Part shown: positions 18,874-28,885 of the stretch, one piece after another
Layout of the letters: every line of letters begins with the position of its first letter
Numbering within the stretch: position 1 is the stretch's first letter
Source: Blastocatellia bacterium
GTDB taxonomy: Bacteria > Acidobacteriota > Blastocatellia > DASRDY01
Reading direction: 5' to 3'
Length of the DNA: 64,000 nucleotides
NCBI GenBank assembly: GCA_035652355.1
Contig: DASRDY010000170.1
Location: forward strand, 9,037-73,036
The notes under the pieces: model-generated
The model's input: only the letters and a program-made list of their open reading frames with translations
What the model was told of the DNA's origin: nothing
Database searches by the model: none
Made by a program: the position numbers and the translations under genes

Positions 18874-19662
18874 CTATGAAATTGTTCGGGACTCACTTTG
18901 ATCGAGAAGCGTGCCATAGTTTATCAACTCAATTCCATTTCGCCGAAGGCATGTCACTAACTCCTTGGAGCATAACACCTCTAACTCTTTGCCACGCTGT
19001 TCCGAATAGCGTGTCACTTTGTGTAATCCGTCATCAACAAATCCAGGGTGCGTTACAATTTCAACTGTGCCATCACCTCCTAGCTGATCAAAATCTTCTA
19101 GCAGAAGATTCACAAAGCGATCAACTGTTTTCTCTCCTCGCAACCAACGGCTATCGCACAAATCTGTTGTAACCACACCATTGTCGCTTAATCGTCTACA
19201 CACCTCTTGGCTTCCTCCGCGGGCCGCAAGTCCATAGCGTTGTGCAAGACGAACATAAACATCGATCAGCCTATCGCAACGGTGATGCCCATGATGCGAA
19301 TCTAAATGCGTAATGGCCCGACCACCTTCCATAACGGCTTCGATTTGTGCACTCCACTCTTTTTCGACTTCATCGACGCTGAGATCTTCAACCGCTTCTA
19401 CGTCAACTGGGAAGGCGTTGTTAACCAATAGAGAATTAATCGTCTCAATTGGAGAACGCGGCTTGCCGCAAGTCAATTGTAGATGCACTCCTAATGAACC
19501 TGTAATCCTAGACTCCCATTGCTCCAACCGCTCCATTGCCCCATCGACGCATGGCATTATAGTGGTAGACGAGACGCAGCCGTGATGCATACAGTGAACA
19601 ATTCCTGACGAAATCCCATCCGATAACCCAAAGTCGTCTCCGTTGATAATAACTTGCTTCAT
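18874..19662 (-). CDS. YdjC/ChbG-family carbohydrate deacetylase
   Basis: The motifs IINGDDFGLS and HLDSHHGHH are typical of the YdjC/ChbG/HpnK family. Confidence 0.75.
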   Translation of the reverse strand: MKQVIINGDDFGLSDGISSGIVHCMHHGCVSSTTIMPCVDGAMERLEQWESRITGSLGVHLQLTCGKPRSPIETINSLLVNNAFPVDVEAVEDLSVDEVEKEWSAQIEAVMEGGRAITHLDSHHGHHRCDRLIDVYVRLAQRYGLAARGGSQEVCRRLSDNGVVTTDLCDSRWLRGEKTVDRFVNLLLEDFDQLGGDGTVEIVTHPGFVDDGLHKVTRYSEQRGKELEVLCSKELVTCLRRNGIELINYGTLLDQSESRTIS

Positions 19663-19726
19663 CTATTGCTTCCCCGTTATTTTTATTCGATAATCGTGGC
19701 TGACCTTATCTGGTTACATTGGCCCC

Positions 19727-20674
19727 CTACTTTTTAGCCGCCAAGAGGGCGGCCCCAACTAATCCTCCATCATTACCATATTTTGCCCTTTGAATTAGCG
19801 TAGTGGCAGCGACTCTTCGTAACGCCAATGATTCGGCGCTCCGAATAGCCGCGTCGAGGAATATATTCTTACTGTTGTTTTGACTGATTGATTCAGCAGC
19901 TAAAACAACGCCACCGCCAATCGTCACAATTTGAGGGTTCAAAATGTTCATTACATCACTCAATGCTACGCCTAACCAAGTTCCAGCTTCCCGAAAGACT
20001 TCCTTCGCGGTTACATCATCGGTCTTGGCCAAGAGCGTAATATCTTTGAAATTTTTTGGCTCAGGAGTATCTTGATCCTGACTCTTACGTTTGAATGCTC
20101 TTACGATAGCCGGTGCGGACGCTACAGTCTCGACGCAACCGACGCGGGTACAACTACAATGAATGTCACTTTCCTCACAGACCTTTATATGGCCAAATGA
20201 ACCTGCTGCTCCCTGACTCCCGTGAAGCAATGCACCATTTATTACTATGCCCCCTCCAATACCTGTCCCCACAACGATATGCGCAAAAGATGTGCATGCG
20301 TTGTTTGCCGTATACTCGGCCCAAGTCGATGCTTTTCCATCGTTCACGGTTATTACACGTGAAATACGAGTAAACTTACTACAGAGAATGTCCTGCCATG
20401 AAACATTCTCGTATCCATCAAAGTGGCCCGCCCGCCGTACCAATCCTGTCTCGTCAACATTACCGGTGGTGCTTATAGCAACGGTCGAAATGTCAGACTC
20501 GACTCTCAGCGCTTTTTCCGTTACGCTGACAACAATTTCCCGCAAATCGGAAAACAGATTTGTTGACAGTTGTAGAGGAGGAAAACCCTTAACAATTAGA
20601 GCTTCCATAGCGTTGACATTTATTAAGGCTTGTTTCAGTGATGACCCTCCAATGTCTAGAGCATAAATCTTCAT
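19727..20674 (-). CDS. ROK-family sugar kinase (glucokinase / N-acetylglucosamine kinase-like)
   Basis: N-terminal LDIGGS. The ROK zinc motif is HCSCTRVGCVETVAS and the glycine-rich segment is VGTGIGGGIVINGAL. Confidence 0.75.
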   Translation of the reverse strand: MKIYALDIGGSSLKQALINVNAMEALIVKGFPPLQLSTNLFSDLREIVVSVTEKALRVESDISTVAISTTGNVDETGLVRRAGHFDGYENVSWQDILCSKFTRISRVITVNDGKASTWAEYTANNACTSFAHIVVGTGIGGGIVINGALLHGSQGAAGSFGHIKVCEESDIHCSCTRVGCVETVASAPAIVRAFKRKSQDQDTPEPKNFKDITLLAKTDDVTAKEVFREAGTWLGVALSDVMNILNPQIVTIGGGVVLAAESISQNNSKNIFLDAAIRSAESLALRRVAATTLIQRAKYGNDGGLVGAALLAAKK

Positions 20675-20888
20675 ATGGTAGTTCCTCTCATGAGGCTACA
20701 GCGCTCAAGATTCATCATAGTTCTTATGTTATTCGAGTTATTAATCTTTTTCGATAAATGCAAATGGGCAAACCGCGATGTCTGGATTGTTTGCGAGCGA
20801 AAGTATAAGATCTCCAGGAAGCGCTGTCTTTTCATGGCTTGATTCTTGTGGTTACAAGATGTTAAATGCTTACGAAAAATACGTTTAA

Positions 20889-21962
20889 TCATGTTATTGG
20901 GATGCCCTGTTTAGAATCCAGGAATATCGAAGCTAACTCAGCAGCACCTAGAAACTGAGCATCCACTCCCTGCGAAGCTTTGACTAGCTTTGTCGTCTCC
21001 CAAGCAAGTCTTGATGAATAACGTTTGGCGGATGAAGCAGCTCTATCAAAATAGGTGGACAGCCCATCGATCAGTTCCCCTCCCACAACAATCAGATTGG
21101 GATTTAGTAATGTAATAATATAGCTAATGCACTGACCAAGATATCTAGCAGCGTCGTCAACTGCTTCGGTGACTAATGGATCTCCCTGATCTAAGGCTGT
21201 GGCGATTTCTGGGATCCGGACATCAAGTGGCCTCTTTGCGGCTTGAAGGATTTGTCGGAACCTAAAATATGGTTTCCGCCTTAATTGCTCGTCAGACGTC
21301 TTCTCCATTTCATTTTGATGTTCCCCGATAAGACGTTGAACTATCGACTCGTGCGATGTATACGATTCCAGAGTCCCTCTCTGATTGAATCTCTGACTAA
21401 TTGGTCCGTCAGGGTTCACGACGATTCTGCCGATATGACCCCCCGCGCCGGCGCCCGCGTATAGCTCTCCGCCTAAATATATGGCGCTGCCAACCCCTTG
21501 TCCTACCATTATAAATACTGCGGAATCCGGAATCTTGCCCCCGCTCATATTTCGTAGTTCTATTCGCGCTATACAGATCGCATCGTTAAACAAGTATACA
21601 CCAATACCACGAGTTTCGTTGAGCAGTTCACCGCAGTTGAGCGGCTGTAATATACCTAGTCGACTTGATCTAATAATCGTTTGACAATGGATATCGATTG
21701 TTCCAGGACAGGAAACGGACACAATGTCTGGGCGCACATTTAGCTCGCTCATTGCCTGATTAGTAAATGATGCTATCACTTCGTTTATTCGGTTCGAATC
21801 TTCTGAGCCGCGAACAGTTCGCATATCTTTTGGTCCCAGCTTTGCTTCTATTAATGATGCAACGCCTTTATCCACCTTGACGAGTCGCGCAGTTGCAATG
21901 TCCGATTCCAAACGTACCACTAAAACGTTCCGTGAGTCTGAAGATGATCGTGCGAACATCAT
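20889..21962 (-). CDS. ROK-family protein (kinase-like, lacking the cysteine zinc motif)
   Basis: The glycine-rich ROK core is MVGQGVGSAIYLGGELYAGAGAGGHIGRIV. It is the first gene of the minus-strand sugar operon. Confidence 0.6.
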   Translation of the reverse strand: MMFARSSSDSRNVLVVRLESDIATARLVKVDKGVASLIEAKLGPKDMRTVRGSEDSNRINEVIASFTNQAMSELNVRPDIVSVSCPGTIDIHCQTIIRSSRLGILQPLNCGELLNETRGIGVYLFNDAICIARIELRNMSGGKIPDSAVFIMVGQGVGSAIYLGGELYAGAGAGGHIGRIVVNPDGPISQRFNQRGTLESYTSHESIVQRLIGEHQNEMEKTSDEQLRRKPYFRFRQILQAAKRPLDVRIPEIATALDQGDPLVTEAVDDAARYLGQCISYIITLLNPNLIVVGGELIDGLSTYFDRAASSAKRYSSRLAWETTKLVKASQGVDAQFLGAAELASIFLDSKQGIPIT

Positions 21963-23328
21963 TATCGTCCCCAGTTAAATAGGCGTACACGACTCGGATC
22001 GCAATCTATGTTGATTTAATATCCTACAGATACATGGCGTTTGCGAATTCGAGTATAAAACGCCTCTCTGTCATTATAGCCTGCAGCTTCTGTTAAGTCC
22101 CCGATTCGGAAATCAAAGTTGGACAATAATCCTTAGGATCTTCTGCCAACCCTAGATCGCGCTAGAGAAGCTACCTAGTCTGATTATATACATAATCAAG
22201 ATTTTGTACATTTTTGCTGGACAGATCGGGCCTTCCTGACTTGATAGGGGGACCGCTCACCTATTTCTGGACTCTATTGCCCAGGACCGATCTGTGAGCA
22301 CGTTATAGGCTTCCGTCGACGACTCATTACAATTTGCTTAATGTTTCGGCTGATTAGTTTAGGCCGTTCGCTTCGCAAACAGGCATTATTCGCCGTCACC
22401 CTTAGCCCAAGGCACTTAGGCCAGAACAGATCACATTGCTGACAAGATTCTGTTTGAGCTACCTTAAAGCCCATTTCGACTACCTGAATACGTGGAGCCC
22501 ACGTCTTTAGATTTTCATATCGTCAAGATCAATCGATAAGAATTATTTTGCAGAGTCTCTTAATACGGCTACGCAGGATTACACATCAAATGCTGCTGGA
22601 GAAACTTAGGAGATTTCGCTCTCAGTGTTTCTCGTGTAATCAGTCAATCATCTCCAAAATACGCAACCAAGTTGTTTATCAAAGAGAATGAAAGTTCTAT
22701 ATACGCCTCATTGCAGTCCACCAAAAGGGGCACGGCAATGTTTTGAAAGATAGTTGGTCAACGTGACAGAACAATTGCCACGGTACCCAATCCTGCAACG
22801 AGAAGGCCGTAAATCAGCGTGAATTCGAAAATTCTTTCGATAATCCGATAGTGCACGTGAATTGTAGGTTCCCTACGATGATTATTAATAACCGGGCTAA
22901 GAGGGCCGGTTCGACGTGTGAGATAGTTTCCTGTTTCGTAATTCATTGTTGTCGATACTTAATGGTGAGATTGTTCGTTGAGTGATTATAAGATTAACGC
23001 TTTAACCTGATGGCTTGCTGGTAGGTTTCCCTTTGTCAGTCGGAAGATTATTAATCAGGTAGATAACGGTTGCAGAAAGCGACGACAGTCTGAGTTTGTC
23101 GCGCGCTTCTTCGAGGCGCTGTTTCACCTCGGCCTCGAGAATGACTCGCTCATAATGTTTGGGCATAAATGATTTTGATTAATGATGACATGGACATGCT
23201 AGCATGTGATATTCACCTGGCCAAGCGTAAATAGCTGCGAATAAATGATTTGCCGTATAAACAAGCTGATAAATATTTCTTTCCTTTTATTTAAGCCATA
23301 TAAAATACATTGGGATCAGGTCGCGATC

Positions 23329-23898
23329 TCAGTCTCCGTAGATGTGAGATGTGAGATTTGAGCTTTGTTGTAGATGGGCCGGACGCTGTTGCTTCGGCAT
23401 TCTTTGATTCGGCAGTCGCAGCACGATTAGTCCTCGCTTGGTCTGACCTTCCGGCTGAAAACCAGCTTTGCGAAAACAACGACCGAAGTCACGCTTATGT
23501 CTCACCCGACGCGGATTAATGAAGGTAATCATTCCTTGCCGTGGAGGCTTACCCCAGATCCATCTTGTTGCTGCCACAGCAGAACGAATGAGCTTGCCTG
23601 ACAACAGATTCGATTCGTTACGAAAAAGACTGCAGACCCAAGCGCCAGGCCAGTCGTGCTTAACAAACTTCGGATATTGCCAAGACGAAACCCACAGCGC
23701 GTCTGTCTGTTCGGTGAGTAGTACAATGCAGCGTCCAGGAGCAACGAACTGCGGTGTGCCTGGCTTTTGCCTGCTGTAGTGTCGATCAGCGAGCGCTGCT
23801 GCACGGGGATCGGCGCGATGTGAGATATGCCAGAAGGATTTGTGGTTAAGCATTTTTGTTGAGTCGTATGATGAAAGTGATATGAATCTGGCGTCCAA
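23329..23898 (-). CDS. Hypothetical protein (189 aa)
   Basis: An ORF with ordinary protein-like composition. No family recognised. The overlapping alternative-frame ORF 23529..23915 is S/L-rich and judged spurious. Confidence 0.35.
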   Translation of the reverse strand: MDARFISLSSYDSTKMLNHKSFWHISHRADPRAAALADRHYSRQKPGTPQFVAPGRCIVLLTEQTDALWVSSWQYPKFVKHDWPGAWVCSLFRNESNLLSGKLIRSAVAATRWIWGKPPRQGMITFINPRRVRHKRDFGRCFRKAGFQPEGQTKRGLIVLRLPNQRMPKQQRPAHLQQSSNLTSHIYGD

Positions 23899-24011
23899 TT
23901 CGGGAGCCGAACCATCTTCGAGTGCAGATCATTGACGAATCATAACGGTTTGTTATTATGCAAATAAGAGGGAGATCTCTCGTCTATCATTAATCTCTAA
24001 GACCCACAGCG

Positions 24012-24287
24012 ATGAGCCATAAAACGTTGACAATAACACTCCCACCGGAGGCAACGCAGGCGTTGGAATCAATCAGCAAAGTGCAGCATCGAAAGCCTTC
24101 TGACTTGGCGGTTGAAGCGGTGCGCGCCTATCTCGCCATTCCTGCTGTTGCTGCTACCAAGGCTGAAATACGCGCAATTCGTCGCGGTCGCGCTGAATAC
24201 AACCGAGGCCAGTATGTGAGCTTAGACCGCGCGCTCCATGCCTTGGAACGTAGAACTCATTCGATCCGCAGAAAAAGCACTCGCTAA
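24012..24287 (+). CDS. Ribbon-helix-helix (CopG/ParD-like) antitoxin
   Basis: A short N-terminal beta-strand followed by helices (TITLPPEATQALESISKVQHRKPSDLAVEAVRAYL). It lies immediately upstream of a RelE-like gene. Confidence 0.55.
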   Translation: MSHKTLTITLPPEATQALESISKVQHRKPSDLAVEAVRAYLAIPAVAATKAEIRAIRRGRAEYNRGQYVSLDRALHALERRTHSIRRKSTR

Positions 24288-24495
24288 AGTCCCTGCCAAA
24301 GATCAAAAACACCTTATTGCTGCACTGAGATCAATGTCCAATGATCCTTATGGTGGTGATATCGTCAGGCTACATAACCAGCCTGGTGCTTGGCGCAGGC
24401 GTGTCGGAAATTGGCGAATTCTGTTTGATCTGTATCCTGACAAACTCCTGGTTATTATCACTGGAATCAAACGCAGAACATCGACAACCTACTAA
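24238..24495 (+). CDS. RelE/ParE-family type II toxin
   Basis: The sequence RSAEKALAKVPAKDQKHLIAALRSM...WRRRVGNWRILFDLYPDKLLVIITGIKRR is typical of RelE/StbE. It overlaps the antitoxin ORF, so the true start may be downstream. Confidence 0.65.
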   Translation: MPWNVELIRSAEKALAKVPAKDQKHLIAALRSMSNDPYGGDIVRLHNQPGAWRRRVGNWRILFDLYPDKLLVIITGIKRRTSTTY

Positions 24496-24506
24496 ATTGC
24501 TTAAAT

Positions 24507-24917
24507 ATGCCCAATAAATCGCACTATAACCTTCGGGCTTCTGCCTACAATCTCTATCAGGAATTTGACAAATACACACAGACTCAGCCAGAACTGTGGC
24601 AACAATCCTGGCATGGTGAAAATCAACAAACTATTCTTTCCGTGGCCGAATACGAAGAGATCATTAACTTGCCAGAGGTCAGGCAGGGCTGGGCACTGAC
24701 TAGCGAAAAGACCATTGACCTTATACCGCACATTCTGGTGACAAAGTTCAACGTACACAGCAAAGGTGGTCAGATGTCTTACGAACTGTTCCTGCTCAAA
24801 CTGGCCGTACTTGCAAAGAGCTCGGCTATAATGGTGCTCCGCAATTCTGAAACAGCAACAGACCAGCGTCCAAACGGTCAATTTGAAATGATTAGTCAAC
24901 CTTTCATCCAGTTGTAG
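24507..24917 (+). CDS. Hypothetical protein
   Basis: ORF only. Confidence 0.3.
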   Translation: MPNKSHYNLRASAYNLYQEFDKYTQTQPELWQQSWHGENQQTILSVAEYEEIINLPEVRQGWALTSEKTIDLIPHILVTKFNVHSKGGQMSYELFLLKLAVLAKSSAIMVLRNSETATDQRPNGQFEMISQPFIQL

Positions 24918-25260
24918 AGAGCAGCCAACATCAAGCAGCGACCTGTTCTTTATCTTTTCTTGATGCGAAATATGCGATCAATTCGATTATCAGCATCCTC
25001 GGGATAATTTTCAATGGGCACCACGTGATACTAAAGTTTAGCGGTATCTCGCTCATTACTGGCCAAATAGCGGTTGCTCACACGAAGCACGCAGGGACAT
25101 TTTGGCATTTAATGATTTCGGTATTGGATGTCACCACAATCGGTGACGGCTATCACAGTATTTTATCTTCACCAGGATTATACTTTCAGTGAAAATTACT
25201 CTCAATAAGGCCGACCAGATCGGGCAATCGTCGGAGACTCAGTAGAGTAACACCTAAGCA

Positions 25261-26406
25261 TTGCACCGCAGTGCTGAAGGAGGTTTTTCCATGCAAACCG
25301 CTCAGAGTGCGAAAACGAATGAAACCACGGTTGGCAGCTTATTTGACCGACTTCCTCAGTATATACTCGCCGCAACAGGCATAATCTATGCAGCAGGGTT
25401 TCTGGTGGTAATCGCATTTCTCGACCGTTTTGGTATACGTGAACCGGGGTCAGATTTTTGGAAGACGAAATACATCCATATAGGCATTCTCTGTGTCTCG
25501 TTTCCAGTGATCCTTAATGGAACTATCTACTCACTTTCGCATCTCATTTTTCATGGCAAGTTTCAAAAGCCGTTGATGTGGCAACGCCTGCTGCCAATTG
25601 GATTGCTCGGTATTAACTTGGAGATCGTTTGCTTTATTTTGCTTATGTTGACCCGCCGGGTTCCGGGCAGTACCGAGATTGTTGGCATAGCTCCGCTGCA
25701 ATGGATTATCGGCGTCACACTTATTGGCATTCCCTTAATTCTGGGATTTGAGCGTATTTTGGAACGGTACTCAGGCAAAGTCCCACCATCTGATACGGAG
25801 TTGGCGACATTACCACAGACGTTTACGGTCATCCTACGCTGGATTTTAACAGTGATTGTGGCTGGTCTTGATGTCTGGTACTTTTTGGATTTTAGATACA
25901 GTGTTGGCTTGGCTAGCCCCTGGCTTGCCTTAGTTTATATTGCCTTCTGTCTGGTGCTGGGAGTTACGATCTCAACTGTCGCGATCTATGAGAAGCGACA
26001 GGTAACCGAAGGTCGAAGACGAGCAATTTGGGTGCTTGCCTTGTCCATCATCGGGCCATTTTTTTATTTTGTTATCCTATCATTTGCCTATGGCGTCTAT
26101 CAAAACATTCCGTCAACCCGTAACGGTGGTGACTACACAGAAGCTCCAAAAGTTACGTTGGTCTTAAAGAGCAATCAGTTCATTACTCAATCTGATCAGA
26201 AATTCTTTCAGAAGGATAATCCCAATATTACGGTACCACTCATTGTTATTGAAGAAGCATCGTGGGGAATTTATTGCGCCGATCCGACTGAAGCCGGTGG
26301 CCCCAATGAGTGGAAACTCATCGGCGGCAGAAAACCGCAGATCCTAATCATTAATAAATCTGAGATAGCAAGGATTCAATCTGAATCGCGGGTTCCGACA
26401 AATTAA
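25261..26406 (+). CDS. Polytopic integral membrane protein of unknown function
   Basis: About 8 hydrophobic helices. A stem-loop AAACGCTAAAGG-TGCAAC-CCTTTAGCGTTT lies downstream at about 26484..26515. Confidence 0.5.
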   Translation: MHRSAEGGFSMQTAQSAKTNETTVGSLFDRLPQYILAATGIIYAAGFLVVIAFLDRFGIREPGSDFWKTKYIHIGILCVSFPVILNGTIYSLSHLIFHGKFQKPLMWQRLLPIGLLGINLEIVCFILLMLTRRVPGSTEIVGIAPLQWIIGVTLIGIPLILGFERILERYSGKVPPSDTELATLPQTFTVILRWILTVIVAGLDVWYFLDFRYSVGLASPWLALVYIAFCLVLGVTISTVAIYEKRQVTEGRRRAIWVLALSIIGPFFYFVILSFAYGVYQNIPSTRNGGDYTEAPKVTLVLKSNQFITQSDQKFFQKDNPNITVPLIVIEEASWGIYCADPTEAGGPNEWKLIGGRKPQILIINKSEIARIQSESRVPTN

Positions 26407-26550
26407 TGATCAGCAGCACCAATGTTCCGATCAAAAGTTTTTGTTTGGCTATTTCCTCAATTGGCGTAGGGCGATTTAGATACAAAAACGCTAAAGGTGC
26501 AACCCTTTAGCGTTTGATGGTGAGTCTTAGCCGTCTTCCTGCGTACGAGT

Positions 26551-26655
26551 TAATCAAGGCATAGAAAAAGTTCGAGGAGATTGATAACGGCCCACGTAGC
26601 TAATATTCCGATTGAAACCGGCAAAACAAACTGAACCAATACCAGCTTTTTCATG
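26551..26655 (-). CDS. Small hydrophobic peptide (34 aa, MKKLVLVQFVLPVSIGILATWAVINLLELFLCLD)
   Basis: A strong SD (GGAGG) lies 8 nt upstream of the ATG. The ORF is not in the supplied track (below 60 aa); I translated it by hand. Confidence 0.3.
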
Positions 26656-27102
26656 TTTTAAAAGCCTCCTTTCAGGTGATTTCCAAACCCGCTTCCCTAC
26701 TGGCGGATTCGTAATCTGAGGCTAATTACCGAAATCGAATATAAGTCTGGATATCGTCAGATTCGCGTGAACGCTGAGAAGGCTTCGTTGGTGTACTCGC
26801 CCAGGAAAGTTATCGGGAGCGGCCTATTCTTTGTTGCCGGAGACACCGGTTAATACCTTGTAATATTCGGTGTGATGCGCTTGAATACTGCCAGTTAAGC
26901 ACTGATTTGTCAAGTAGTTGCAAGGGCCCATGGATTTTGATTTTTGAGTCCTTTGGAATAGGTTAATAAGCAAAACAAACTATCCACCCCCCCCATCAGT
27001 TCATACTTGATTCCGAAATTGCCCGACAATTGAGAGAAAAAGAATTGTGATATGTACAAACGAGACGGAATAAAAACCGTTTCTCTTTCTACATTGTTTT
27101 GA

Positions 27103-28650
27103 TTATGCAGCAACCTTCTCTTTATCTTTCTCTTTATCTTTTCTTGATGCAAAATACGCTACCAGATCGCATACCAATGCGGAAACCGTTCGAGGTGCGG
27201 TCCGTTGTGGGCTACCAGAGGGAACATCTCGGCGTTCTGCGACCATCTGAAATGTATAATTCAGCTTAAATAAGACCGTTTTTCCGTTGGCAGTTGAGTT
27301 CGAGGTAACGATTTTGATCATTTCACGTTTTTCGTCGGGATTTGCCCATTCATAGCTTAAACAAGCGTTGTTTACAAGTTCGACAAAGTGCTCTACTCGT
27401 TCAAGTGCAGACTGTTCTCCGGCGTTTATGTTCTTCAGCCTTTCTTTTATCTCAGTCTCTTGCTCAACCAACTCATTCTTTTTGTAGATATAGGTTTCCT
27501 TTTCGAGCATTCCGTCAATATATAGGTCGGCAAGCTTAGACTGTCTTATTTGCAATTGGTCTAACTGTAATTGGAATCCCCTCGTTTGGCTCTGCACGAG
27601 CTCAGAGACATTCCCGTAGGCCTTTTTCAATTCGGTCCTGATTTGCTCGTTCTCCCTCTCGCTGAATTCTAGGGCGCCTAATAGTTCTTTGAATTGAGCT
27701 TCAATGATATCCTCGCGCAGGGGTTTCTGAGAACAGCCTTTGGTATGGCAGCGGTAATACCGGTAGCCTTTCTGCTTTTCGCCAATTAGTTTTGTTTGAC
27801 ACTGAGAACACGTGATGAGAGTTCGCCAAAGGAAATGATGCTTCTGCTTCTTGTCATTCCGTTTGCCGGAGCACACATCCTGAACCTGATCAAACAATGA
27901 TTTAGGGATGAGCGGCTCGTGTTGCCCTTGGAATAGTTCGCCTCTGATCTTAATTCGGATCAAGCCGCAATAGAACGGGTTGTGCAGCAGCGTTGCCAGA
28001 CCGTGTCGGGTAATGAACTTGCCGGACTTGGTTCGAAGACCTATTTCAGTTAGGTACTCTTTTAGGCTGTCTAACCCCCAATCACCAGTTGCATAGAGTT
28101 CAAAGGCACGGCGCACGAGAGGTCCTCGCACAGAATCAATTTTTTTGGGCTGGCCTTTACCGCAATCGATATAACCAATGGGTGCAGGACGGGGGTAGAG
28201 CCCTTGTTTGAGCCGTCCGTAAAAGCCCTTCTTTGTCTCTTCTCGCAAATTTCTGATGTAGTCAGCGGCAACTACCGCTTGAATATCAGCAGAGAGCCTT
28301 CCCCCTCTCGACTGAAGATCAATGCTTTCATTGGCAAAGTGAATTTCGATACCATTGTCAATCAATTCCTGGAGATGTACCCAATCCTGAAGGTTTCGAG
28401 CGCTGCGGTCGATCTTGTGGATGATGACGCCCTTGGCTTTTCCAGCTTTGAGCGCTTTCAGCATATCATTAAAAACTGGACGTCCGAGCTTGGCCGCGGT
28501 TTCTTTCTCTTCATATTCAGCAATAATGGTAAACCCTGACCGCTCAGCATAGCGATTAATGGCACCCTGTTGTTCAGACAGCGAGGTACCAGTCTGACCT
28601 TGCCGCAATGTCGAGACACGAATATAGGAAAAGTAAGGGTTGAGAATCAT
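27103..28650 (-). CDS. Large serine recombinase (resolvase/invertase catalytic domain + recombinase domain + zinc ribbon + coiled coil)
   Basis: The N-terminal catalytic motif is YIRVSTLRQ (nucleophilic Ser). The Zn ribbon reads CSQCQTKL...YRCHTKGC. The C-terminal tail is K/E-rich. Confidence 0.85.
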   Translation of the reverse strand: MILNPYFSYIRVSTLRQGQTGTSLSEQQGAINRYAERSGFTIIAEYEEKETAAKLGRPVFNDMLKALKAGKAKGVIIHKIDRSARNLQDWVHLQELIDNGIEIHFANESIDLQSRGGRLSADIQAVVAADYIRNLREETKKGFYGRLKQGLYPRPAPIGYIDCGKGQPKKIDSVRGPLVRRAFELYATGDWGLDSLKEYLTEIGLRTKSGKFITRHGLATLLHNPFYCGLIRIKIRGELFQGQHEPLIPKSLFDQVQDVCSGKRNDKKQKHHFLWRTLITCSQCQTKLIGEKQKGYRYYRCHTKGCSQKPLREDIIEAQFKELLGALEFSERENEQIRTELKKAYGNVSELVQSQTRGFQLQLDQLQIRQSKLADLYIDGMLEKETYIYKKNELVEQETEIKERLKNINAGEQSALERVEHFVELVNNACLSYEWANPDEKREMIKIVTSNSTANGKTVLFKLNYTFQMVAERRDVPSGSPQRTAPRTVSALVCDLVAYFASRKDKEKDKEKVAA

Positions 28651-28885
28651 AAATAGACGCGGAGATTGATAATCTTCGGTGGGAAATATTTGATTGCGGC
28701 CTCATGTTAGGGCCGCTTGCGCGATCCTGTCAAATCAGTCAACCGATGGCTATTGCGTTCAAAAATGCGCCTGACCAGATCGACATAACGAGAGAAGTAA
28801 TAGGCTGCTTCCTGTTGCTGTTCCGGCGTGAGATCCGGATAGAGATCAACAAAGGCGTTCCGTTGTTTATTTTTGTCCATAGTTT

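Noticed and set aside
23529-23915. 128-aa minus-strand ORF overlapping 23329..23898
   Set aside because: Ser/Leu-rich composition in an alternative frame. The 189-aa frame looks more protein-like.
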